Below are positions 19,265-28,053 of a DNA stretch of 64,000 bases, in pieces. Origin of the DNA: a virus. Lineage: Duplodnaviria > Caudoviricetes. Under the pieces are notes generated by a model. It saw nothing but the letters and a program-made list of their open reading frames with translations, was not told the DNA's origin and did not search any database. Position 1 is the stretch's first letter; the number at the start of each line of letters is the position of its first letter. Where the stretch lies: positions 1-64,000 of IMG/VR virus record IMGVR_UViG_3300009169_000019, one strand, 5' to 3'. Made by a program: the position numbers and the translations under genes.

Positions 19265-19702
19265 ATGAAAAAGAAAAGCGCACTTTATTTAGATGACCAG
19301 CGAACCCCAACTGTTGATCCTCCTATAGGATATAATCCTTGGTATATAGTAAGAAACTATGATGAGTTTAAAGAATGGATAAACAAACATGGTATGCCAG
19401 ACTATGTATCTTTTGACCATGACTTGGCAGATGAACATATGCAAGACTATTATAAATATCAGTTTAATGGTATTGCTGCTATAAACTATAACGACTTTAA
19501 AGAAAAAACCGGATTAGATTGTGCTAAATACATGATTGAGTATGCAATGAACAATAATATTAATCTACCTAATCTAGTGGGGGTACACAGTCATAATCCA
19601 CTAGGGGCTTTGAATATACAAAATCTTGTTAACAGCTATAAAAAACACTTAGACCAAGATGAGAATGCGTATATTGCAAAGATTCCTTTTAAAATTAAAT
19701 AA
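19265..19702 (+). CDS. Receiver-like domain protein (cyclic-phosphate-processing receiver family)
   Basis: LYLDDQRTP, VRNYDEF, VSFDHDL, TGLDCAK, VHSHNP.G. Confidence 0.8.
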   Translation: MKKKSALYLDDQRTPTVDPPIGYNPWYIVRNYDEFKEWINKHGMPDYVSFDHDLADEHMQDYYKYQFNGIAAINYNDFKEKTGLDCAKYMIEYAMNNNINLPNLVGVHSHNPLGALNIQNLVNSYKKHLDQDENAYIAKIPFKIK

Positions 19703-19712
19703 AATAATAAAT

Positions 19713-19868
19713 ATGCATTATCAAATAACAATTACAATGTTTGACAAAAGAAAAACAATCTTAGGTTTATCTTATATATATAATGTTGAAGAAAATGTCC
19801 ATATAATAGAAACTGGTTTTATTTTTGGATATATTATAATTGCTTTAAATAAAAAAGAGAAGGAATAA
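19713..19868 (+). CDS. Small hypothetical protein
   Basis: ATG at 19713 in frame with the track ORF 19659..19868; ends at the convergent terminator. Confidence 0.5.
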   Translation: MHYQITITMFDKRKTILGLSYIYNVEENVHIIETGFIFGYIIIALNKKEKE

Positions 19869-19881
19869 CCTTCTCTTTTTT
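19851..19881. terminator. Bidirectional intrinsic terminator at the convergence of the two modules
   Basis: AAAAAAGAGAAGG-AATAA-CCTTCTCTTTTTT. Confidence 0.9.
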
Positions 19882-19883
19882 TA

Positions 19884-22800
19884 TTATCTATTTGTTGTAT
19901 TAAATCTTATATCCCAATCTTTTCTAAAATCATCATCAAAAATTGCTCTTATTTGAATTCCTTCTTTAAATATAGGCATCATTTTTGATAAATATTTTGC
20001 AGGTTTTGCTTTTTCTAAAAGATCTTGATCATTTAAAACAAAACCGTATCCTTGACTAACAACCGATTCAGTAAATTTAAAAAAATCATCAGCTAATCCA
20101 ACTACAGGTAGTGGTTTGTTTACAAGATTTGACCAAGAAGGAGCACTATAAAAGAAAGAAAATTCATCAAAATATTTTCTAAATGCTCTTGCAGCATATG
20201 TTCTTAAACCGACATCTTGATCATCGTCATCATCATCACTCAATATTGTAAACATCAATGCTCCAATACCTATAATCATTAAGAATTCTCTGTACATTGA
20301 TTTTATATTACCAATATACATATCTATAAATTCACCTTCTGTTATATTAAATTCTTCACCTTTTTCAATAGCTTCAGCTTTTAATAATAAATATTTTTGT
20401 TTAGCTGCTTCTATCATATTTGTTCCACTTGAATTAATTATTCCAGTTAATAATTGGGGTGCTCTTTTACTAAATAATTCTCCAATCCATAAATTAAATT
20501 TACCAATTGTATGCACTTCAAGATCCTGATCATATTTTAATTTTCCAAATCTTTCTTGAACCATTTGTGGCATCCATGATCTAAATTGCATAGCCATAGA
20601 ACCTAACATACCCATTCTAATATTATTAATATCATCTCTACTAGAGTTACCTAAAACATTTTTGTTTACTTTCTTAATTTTTAATCTAAATCTACCCCAT
20701 TGTTCACTTTGTAAATCTATTCCGGGTATTTCAATTTTGTCATTAACAATTTTAGCAGTATTATAAATTGATTTTGTATCTTTTAAAGTTTTTACTTCAT
20801 CTTCTATTTTTTTTCTAATAACATCTTGTTCTGCCTTAGGAAGTGAATAAAATGATTCATTATATTTATATTTGGCTTTAACATATGTTTTTATATCTAC
20901 AATCTTTCCATTTTCATCAACCATATGATTTTTCATTATAGCAATTGCAATAGGATATTGTACAGCTTTATCACTTGCTCTCATCATAAAGAATGCTTTA
21001 TCTATGGTGTTAGCATTAATAATACTTGAAACAGAAAGTTTATTTATCATTGCTTCTTTTCTATCTTCTATTAATACATCTGCAACACCTAATAGTCCAA
21101 AAGCAATTTCATTTCTTTTGGTTATATCATAAATAGAAGAAGTCCAGTCAGCTGTGTTAAATATAATACCTTTACTTGCCTGGAAGAATGCATTACCTGT
21201 ACCACCCACAAAGTTTGCTGTTCCTGATAAAGGATTTAATGCAAGTGTTTTAAGAGAAAAGAATCTTGTCATCCATCCAAGTACTTTATGTGCAGAATAT
21301 TCTTTATCTCCAATCTTAAAAGCTTTATCTTCCATTTTACCGGATTGAATATTATAAAAATAATAATTAATAAAGTCTGAAAGTAATTGTGAGTTTATTT
21401 CGTTTCCTGGTATTTCTTTTTTAATTCCGCTTTCAAGTACAGGTTTACCAAACGGATTGGTCTCAATGTGAGGTTTATTTTTTTCAACAAACAATAATAA
21501 TCTTGCTTTATCTTCAATTTCAGACATTGACTGATAATTAGCTAATTGTGCAGACCAAATACCAAACACTCTAAACAAATCCATACTCTTTTGAGAATAA
21601 TCTAATGTACCATCTTCTCTTTCTATACCCATATCTCTAATAAAATGTGTAGGTATAGAATGTTCAATAGCACCTGTGATCGGATTGATTTGAGGAGCAA
21701 ATGGTGATTCTCCAGATTCAACTTCTAAACTTTCAAATATTCCTTTTTTAGAAAACATATCACCACCAAAAACAAATTGTTCTAATTTATTTCTACTTAT
21801 ATTAGGAATAAATGCGGGAGAATAATCATCAATTAGTCCTGCTTTATTAGATCTTTTTAGTAAATCCTGAAAAAAGTTATAAGTTTTTAAAGCAATCGGA
21901 CTTGCTTCTAGTTTTTTCCATTGTTCAGTTTGCCATTTTTCTTTTGGTTTTAAATATGAATTTAATACTTTTTTACCATTGTAATTATCCATGTTTAAAT
22001 AAGCATTCTTATTTTTATTTTTACCGCCAATATTTACATCATGTTTTTTCAACCAGTTATTATATGCTTCTTCCTGAAGTTCTTTATTTCTTCTTTCATT
22101 TTTAGAATCATACACAATAGTTTCATAAAACTCTTTTTGTCTTATTTTATCTTTATTGAATTTTTCTTCATTAAATTCTGTGTTGTCAATTAACCATATA
22201 CTATCTTCTGATTGCACAGCATCTTGCATTTTTTTATAAAACTCACTTTGATATTTTTTTAAAAACTTACCGGTCCATTCGCCTTTAGCATTATAATCTA
22301 AAAGAGGTTTAAATAAATCTTTATCAGAATATCCTTTAGAACGAGCCCATTCAACATATTCTTTTCTTAATGTAGAAAGTTCTTCATAATCTTTATTAAA
22401 TAAGTTATCTCTTTTATTTTGAGCATCACCAAGAATTCTACTAAACACCCTAAATGCTTTTTGAGGAATAGTACTTAATGAACTAAACATACCCGTTAAT
22501 TTAGATATTTCGGTTTCAGCATCTAACAAATTTACAATACCTGTTTTTTCTTGTGAAAATTTAAATGCAATATTTTTAATTGCATTTTGCATATCACTAA
22601 GTACAATGTCAGCAGAGGTATTCATTTGGTTGTAGTCATTTATTATTTCATCTACAACTTCTTTAACATATTCTTCTTTTGTTTCTTTTTTAATTTTTTT
22701 AAGTTCATTCATGTAATTATTAAATACACGTGTAGTATTTGTAAATACTTGTAATATTTCTAATGATTCAAGAGCATCTTTTTCAGTGAGATTGTTACTT

Positions 22801-25172
22801 TCAATTAATTTTTTATATTTATTAATTTCATAATTACCAAGGTCAATAAACTTTCTAATATCACCTCTGAGTTGCAAATCTCTTACGGCGTTTTTATATT
22901 TAGCTAATTCTATTTGTTTACGCCTACGTTCATCTTCCGTTCTATATTTTTTATTTTCAAGAATATCCATTACACTGCTTAACTTCTTAATGTATTCAGA
23001 TAGTTCTTTATCAGCAGATTTTTCATCTCTTAATGTAACGGGAAGTAAATAATTTTTATTATCAGGAATTGATGAAAGATCAAAACTACCCATTTCAATT
23101 TTATTAATTCCTTCAATAGTTCGTTTCTCTTCTTTTCCTGTGTATGAATAAACTACTTTAATAGGAATAGCCCTTACAAGTCCAAAGTTTTTAATGTCAT
23201 AATGTGTTTGAAGAATTTTTTTATACTCTTGTAACTGAATTCTATACATTGTTTCTTTGTATGATTTTAATTCAGTTTGTTCTTTTCCAATTTCTTGACT
23301 CTTCCAATCATATATGTTTGCTGTACCATCTGGTTCAATTACTAACAAGTCAATACTACCAGCAACATCTTTTATAGGGTCATATATTTTAACCTCACGC
23401 ATGAATTTAGTGCCGGGAGCATTGTAGTTTTCAATTAAATCTTGTATATATTTTTCAAATAATTTATAAGGATCTGTGTCAAAATATTTACTACTAGAAG
23501 CAGCTGGCATTTCTCTTACAAAATGTGTTTCAGGATCAACATAAACGTCTATTATATCCTGCATCATTTCGTGAATTACATCACCATAATCAGCTTTGAG
23601 AAGATCTATTTTCTTTTGTATTTCGCTTCTGTTGTCATTTGGAAATTTACGTTTTAACCACGCATCAACATACTTTGAAGTAACTGAAGATTTTATATCT
23701 TTACCATTAATGGTGTAGATGTGTCTTTTTTGTTTGGTTTTAGGATCAACGCTGTTGTCTAATTGAATATCTTTTTGATGTTGTTCAAGTTTTTCTATTC
23801 CTTCTAATTGATAATACTCACCTGTTTCTTGAATATTATCTTTAGATAAATTACTAATATCTGCTTTTAAAATACTTTCTGCTGATTGAACAAACGGATC
23901 TGTAACAGACTTAGTAAATAATTTCTTAATAAAATTTAATAATTTATCCCACCAATTATTAAATTCTTTTATTTTAGATTCTGACTCACCAACAGCAGAA
24001 TGTTTAACAATGTGTTGTGCAATAAGTTTACCTATTGCTTCTTTTTTAAGTTTATTAATATTAAGACTACCGTCTTTATTTCGATATTGACTGTTATTTC
24101 TATATGTCTGAACTGTGTCTTGGTATATTTTATATCCCGTAATTTTAGACATCATTTCAATAAAGAGAGGATTATTCTCACCCAACATTTCAACAAAAAA
24201 GTGAGCAGCTTCTTCCGGTAATGTTGTTATATCTGCTTTACCTTCTATCACTTCAACTATCTTATTAAGCATATCTGCTTTAGCAACAGCAGATAATTTA
24301 TTACCTTCTGCATTTCTTATTTCATCTACAGATTTAACAGATACACCAATCTTTTCTAAGAAGTTTTGTACTAATACATTTAATTCTTTATTGACTTTTT
24401 CTGTAGATTGTGTTTCTTTTTGAAGATATATTTCTTCTTTATTTTTTTCTGTTAATGTTATTTCATTCCATGTATTACCATATTCATCTGTAATTTGTTT
24501 TACATTCTCTTTACCGTATTGTTTATTAAGAACATTTTTTACAGTATTTTCATAAAAGTTATAAATAGGTTTTAAAGCACCAAATCCTTCTGTTTCTACT
24601 CTTTCAAGTTCTTGTTCAATTTGTTCTTTTTCACGTTTAGCTTCTTCAATTCTTCTTTCTATATTTTCAGGGTCATTTATTTCTCCATCTAAAAACTTAA
24701 TCCTATCTTCTTTCTGTTTTTTAAACTCTTCTAAAGTAGTATGGCCCTCAACTTTACTTGCTGTATTACCACTAGGAAATAATACTTTCTCATATCCTTT
24801 TTTAGCTGCATTTTGAATTATTGCTTTTATACCAAAAGTAATCCAGTTATCATTTTTATGTAACAAAGCTAAAAATTGATTATCTCCACCAGCATCTATA
24901 AAATCTTCAAAAGCTTTATTATAAACATTAGATGAAACTTCTACTTCATCTATTAAGTAAACCTTTTTACCATTATTATCAGCAGGTATAATAATATTAT
25001 GAGGAACTCCTCTAAACTTAAAATTATTTCTAAGTTTTTGAAAATAATCTGATTGATACTCTTGAACTCTAAGAGTTCTTGGTTGATTTATAAAATTAGG
25101 TTTAACAAACTCTTCTATAAAAGCTTGTTTATCTTTATATTCAACACCATTAAATATATATTTACATGCCAT
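19884..25172 (-). CDS. Large virion cargo/ejection protein (1762 aa): C-part of a QSD-motif domain, zincin-like EExxH domain, PD-(D/E)XK nuclease, helical C-terminal region
   Basis: VQEYQSDYFQK; TLPEEAAHFF; EVKIYD..VAGSIDLL..DG..NIYDWKS; hydrophobic segment FLMIIGIGALMFTIL; last gene of the vRNAP block. Confidence 0.8.
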   Translation of the reverse strand: MACKYIFNGVEYKDKQAFIEEFVKPNFINQPRTLRVQEYQSDYFQKLRNNFKFRGVPHNIIIPADNNGKKVYLIDEVEVSSNVYNKAFEDFIDAGGDNQFLALLHKNDNWITFGIKAIIQNAAKKGYEKVLFPSGNTASKVEGHTTLEEFKKQKEDRIKFLDGEINDPENIERRIEEAKREKEQIEQELERVETEGFGALKPIYNFYENTVKNVLNKQYGKENVKQITDEYGNTWNEITLTEKNKEEIYLQKETQSTEKVNKELNVLVQNFLEKIGVSVKSVDEIRNAEGNKLSAVAKADMLNKIVEVIEGKADITTLPEEAAHFFVEMLGENNPLFIEMMSKITGYKIYQDTVQTYRNNSQYRNKDGSLNINKLKKEAIGKLIAQHIVKHSAVGESESKIKEFNNWWDKLLNFIKKLFTKSVTDPFVQSAESILKADISNLSKDNIQETGEYYQLEGIEKLEQHQKDIQLDNSVDPKTKQKRHIYTINGKDIKSSVTSKYVDAWLKRKFPNDNRSEIQKKIDLLKADYGDVIHEMMQDIIDVYVDPETHFVREMPAASSSKYFDTDPYKLFEKYIQDLIENYNAPGTKFMREVKIYDPIKDVAGSIDLLVIEPDGTANIYDWKSQEIGKEQTELKSYKETMYRIQLQEYKKILQTHYDIKNFGLVRAIPIKVVYSYTGKEEKRTIEGINKIEMGSFDLSSIPDNKNYLLPVTLRDEKSADKELSEYIKKLSSVMDILENKKYRTEDERRRKQIELAKYKNAVRDLQLRGDIRKFIDLGNYEINKYKKLIESNNLTEKDALESLEILQVFTNTTRVFNNYMNELKKIKKETKEEYVKEVVDEIINDYNQMNTSADIVLSDMQNAIKNIAFKFSQEKTGIVNLLDAETEISKLTGMFSSLSTIPQKAFRVFSRILGDAQNKRDNLFNKDYEELSTLRKEYVEWARSKGYSDKDLFKPLLDYNAKGEWTGKFLKKYQSEFYKKMQDAVQSEDSIWLIDNTEFNEEKFNKDKIRQKEFYETIVYDSKNERRNKELQEEAYNNWLKKHDVNIGGKNKNKNAYLNMDNYNGKKVLNSYLKPKEKWQTEQWKKLEASPIALKTYNFFQDLLKRSNKAGLIDDYSPAFIPNISRNKLEQFVFGGDMFSKKGIFESLEVESGESPFAPQINPITGAIEHSIPTHFIRDMGIEREDGTLDYSQKSMDLFRVFGIWSAQLANYQSMSEIEDKARLLLFVEKNKPHIETNPFGKPVLESGIKKEIPGNEINSQLLSDFINYYFYNIQSGKMEDKAFKIGDKEYSAHKVLGWMTRFFSLKTLALNPLSGTANFVGGTGNAFFQASKGIIFNTADWTSSIYDITKRNEIAFGLLGVADVLIEDRKEAMINKLSVSSIINANTIDKAFFMMRASDKAVQYPIAIAIMKNHMVDENGKIVDIKTYVKAKYKYNESFYSLPKAEQDVIRKKIEDEVKTLKDTKSIYNTAKIVNDKIEIPGIDLQSEQWGRFRLKIKKVNKNVLGNSSRDDINNIRMGMLGSMAMQFRSWMPQMVQERFGKLKYDQDLEVHTIGKFNLWIGELFSKRAPQLLTGIINSSGTNMIEAAKQKYLLLKAEAIEKGEEFNITEGEFIDMYIGNIKSMYREFLMIIGIGALMFTILSDDDDDDQDVGLRTYAARAFRKYFDEFSFFYSAPSWSNLVNKPLPVVGLADDFFKFTESVVSQGYGFVLNDQDLLEKAKPAKYLSKMMPIFKEGIQIRAIFDDDFRKDWDIRFNTTNR

Positions 25173-25173
25173 T

Positions 25174-25911
25174 TTATTCTTTTATTTTAATATGATTCCA
25201 ATTTTGACCAGACTGAATAGCTTTAATTGTTCTAAGTTTTACGTTATACTTATCAGCTATAATTTGCTGTTTTACTTTATCTTTCAAAAGATATTTAATT
25301 TCTTTTACTTGTTTTTCAGTAAGTTTTGAAAATCCATTATTACTGCCTTTAGAAATAATATCTGTAACAATATTATGTTTCTTTTTTAATTGTGTAATTA
25401 CAGAGGGTGATAAATTGTGTTTTTCAGCAATTATATCTTGTCTAATCCCAGATTTTAAATCTTCTAAAATTTGCAAATTTCTTTGTTCTTTTTGTTGTCT
25501 AATAAAAGCAGTTTGTTCTCTGGTAATTTTTAATTTATCTTTATGTTTTCTTCCTACAGAATCCCAATATTTACTGTTTGAGATTTTTCTTTTTTCTATT
25601 GTTTCTTCAGATTGTTTTATTCCTAAACAATTACCTGCTACACTGCAAATATTATATTCAGGTTTTAAACTATCTAAATAAAATTGTTCTCTTTCAAGTA
25701 ATAAATTTTCATCACAATTTTCTAAAATAGAAAATTCAAAATTATCTGAACCATATTTATGAAAAGCTCTTTGTAAAGCTAATGAATGATGTACATTACA
25801 TTTTAAATCTGTTAAATGTCTTTTCCATCTTTTATTAAGTCTTATAGAACTTCCTATATAAGATTTTCCATTTATCTTATTTTTTATTTGATATATTCCT
25901 GATGTTTGCAT
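25174..25911 (-). mobile_element. Free-standing GIY-YIG homing endonuclease (probable start MQTSGIY)
   Basis: SGIYQIKNKINGKSYIGSS, RWKRH, LLEREQFYLD, YNI; NUMOD3-like KQSEETIEK; two C-terminal HTH-like repeats. Confidence 0.92.
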
Positions 25912-25916
25912 AACTA

Positions 25917-25948
25917 CAAATATACAACAAAATTCTGAATGTACCGAA
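25917..25948 (-). promoter_or_regulatory. Bacteroidota-type promoter for the GIY-YIG gene
   Basis: Minus strand reads TTCG-N20-TATATTTG-TAGTT-ATG. Confidence 0.6.
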
Positions 25949-25949
25949 T

Positions 25950-28052
25950 TTAAGAACATTTTATTTGAAGAATTTTACTATTTTCCATGATTTTCAACAA
26001 GTTATCAATATCCTGTTCTTGGTATTGCGCTTTTTCATCTGTTCTACTCCACATCAATCCTTTATCGGTAGCAAACTGAGCATGTCCTTTTATAGAAGGT
26101 TTAATTAGTGGTGTAGATATTTCTTTTTCTGTATAGTTGGTACCTCCTGGAACTGTTAGGTTAGAGTAATATTGAGAAGGGTTTTGTTTAAAATTATTTA
26201 AAGCTTTTTCAAATTCTTCTTTCGAAATTAACACTTCTTGTTCTTGAATATTACTTTTATAGTATTTTATACCATTTACACCCTTTACTATCTCATAATT
26301 AGTGTCATTAAAGTTAAAAGCTGAATAATTATCTTTAAAAGGGTCTGTAGTATAAGCTGTATTAATTTCAACAGTATAACTATAATTAGCAGCAAATGAT
26401 GTTAACTTTTCTTCAATAGTATTACCTTCTGATTCTTTTAATAAATTAACTTGATCTTTAGGTATTTGAAAATCTTGTTGTATTTTATTCCAGAATGTAT
26501 TATTATTACCTATTTGTTTCCAAAGTTTATTTATTTTATCTAAATTATTATATAAGTTTGATACAACTTTAAATTGATATTGTAAATTAGATTCTTCACC
26601 TATTGATTTATTTTTAGGAAGTTGAAAATATATAAATTCATTTTTTTCTATATCTCTTTTATTAAAGTTAGAAGTTCTATAATCTTCTTGATCTTTTTCA
26701 CGTTGAAACATTCTTTCATTTACATCATTTGGTGAAAGTGTTAATTTACCAAAATATATATCTTGTACTGATGAAAAACCACCTACAGATTGTTCTTCTG
26801 ATTCTGAATTGTATATAAAAAAATCAACAGGTATATTATATTGAGCAAGATTATTTATTTCTTTTTCAGATAAATTAGAACCATCTTCTTTAGTAAAAAT
26901 AGTTTCTTTTGAAGAAATATGTTTAATATTTGCAACAACCTCACCATTAGAATTAACTAAAGTATATTCTGTTAACCAACCTTTATTATCTCTATTTAAA
27001 TTTTTAAAAGTATAACCAGAAGCAGGTATTAAATAAGCATATGTTTTATATTTTTTTTCAGAACTACCCCAACCATCATGTATTGGTACAGCATTTATAT
27101 CTTGCATATGAGAATTTATTTTCTCATATTCTGTAACGCTATCAACAGTAAAATCTAAATCATGAATAGGTGCATTAGAAGGTCTATAAATAGTTTCACC
27201 TTGACCTGCAATAGCTAAACTACCTACAAGTTTATAATTAAAATCTTTACCTGTGTATCTACTAATTATATCTTTGGCTAAATTATTTCCTGAAACAGCT
27301 TGTTCATAATTTAATTTTTCAACTTTAGAATTAGGTGAACCAATAAAATTTTGATTTTCAGTTAATATATTAAATGCAATTTTATCAGCAGCATCTTTAA
27401 AATAACTTCCTTCTTTTAATACAAATGGTTTTGTAAATTTATTTAAAAATTCAGTTACTGCTTTAAGTATTTTTAATAATAAATTTCTTTCTTCTTTTGT
27501 TTTATTTGTCCATTGTTGTAATAAAGATTCTGTAATAAGTTTACCTAATGCTTCTACTTTAACTTGTTTTTCATTATTATAAACTGGCATATACTCATCA
27601 TATACTGCCTGATATCCTGACCAATCTTTAATGTTATCCATTAAATCTCTTATTAATGGATGTGTTTGACCCATTAACATTACAGTCATATGAACAGCTT
27701 CTTCTGGTATTGTATCTAATTTTTTTTCTACAGAATGATATATAATTTTATTAAGAACATCTGTAGCACCTAATGCATCAACTCCCCATCTTTCTTTAAA
27801 GTTTTTTATTTCATTAGATTGAACACCATATCTAGAAAGAAAATTTAAAAGTTTTGCATCTAATTTTTTATCAGCTTCTTTTATTTCTTGAGATGTAAGT
27901 TGATATTGTACGTCTACTTCAATTGAAACTTCATATTCATTTTTTGGAACAACTCCTTCATACTTATCCCATAAGTAATAAGCCATATCTTCACCTCTAG
28001 AAGATACTAATGATTTCCAAGAATCTAAATTTTTATTAGGACATGTTGCCAT
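25950..28052 (-). CDS. Virion cargo protein (700 aa): EExxH zincin-like domain, Pol-beta-type nucleotidyltransferase-like domain, N-part of a split domain
   Basis: TIPEEAVHM; LVGSLA..(x)..HDLDF..PVDFF; ends VPGGTNYTEKEI..GHAQF..WSRTDE plus tail. Confidence 0.75.
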   Translation of the reverse strand: MATCPNKNLDSWKSLVSSRGEDMAYYLWDKYEGVVPKNEYEVSIEVDVQYQLTSQEIKEADKKLDAKLLNFLSRYGVQSNEIKNFKERWGVDALGATDVLNKIIYHSVEKKLDTIPEEAVHMTVMLMGQTHPLIRDLMDNIKDWSGYQAVYDEYMPVYNNEKQVKVEALGKLITESLLQQWTNKTKEERNLLLKILKAVTEFLNKFTKPFVLKEGSYFKDAADKIAFNILTENQNFIGSPNSKVEKLNYEQAVSGNNLAKDIISRYTGKDFNYKLVGSLAIAGQGETIYRPSNAPIHDLDFTVDSVTEYEKINSHMQDINAVPIHDGWGSSEKKYKTYAYLIPASGYTFKNLNRDNKGWLTEYTLVNSNGEVVANIKHISSKETIFTKEDGSNLSEKEINNLAQYNIPVDFFIYNSESEEQSVGGFSSVQDIYFGKLTLSPNDVNERMFQREKDQEDYRTSNFNKRDIEKNEFIYFQLPKNKSIGEESNLQYQFKVVSNLYNNLDKINKLWKQIGNNNTFWNKIQQDFQIPKDQVNLLKESEGNTIEEKLTSFAANYSYTVEINTAYTTDPFKDNYSAFNFNDTNYEIVKGVNGIKYYKSNIQEQEVLISKEEFEKALNNFKQNPSQYYSNLTVPGGTNYTEKEISTPLIKPSIKGHAQFATDKGLMWSRTDEKAQYQEQDIDNLLKIMENSKILQIKCS

Positions 28053-28053
28053 A

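Noticed and set aside
25080-26025. Group I intron around the GIY-YIG gene
   Set aside because: No recognisable P/Q/R/S core elements, almost no non-coding space, and both flanks read as purposeful peptides with their own stop and start.
25080-26025. Split intein at the 700/1762 junction
   Set aside because: The added segments are only about 24 and 30 aa, with no N-intein block A/B and no His-Asn followed by Cys/Ser/Thr.
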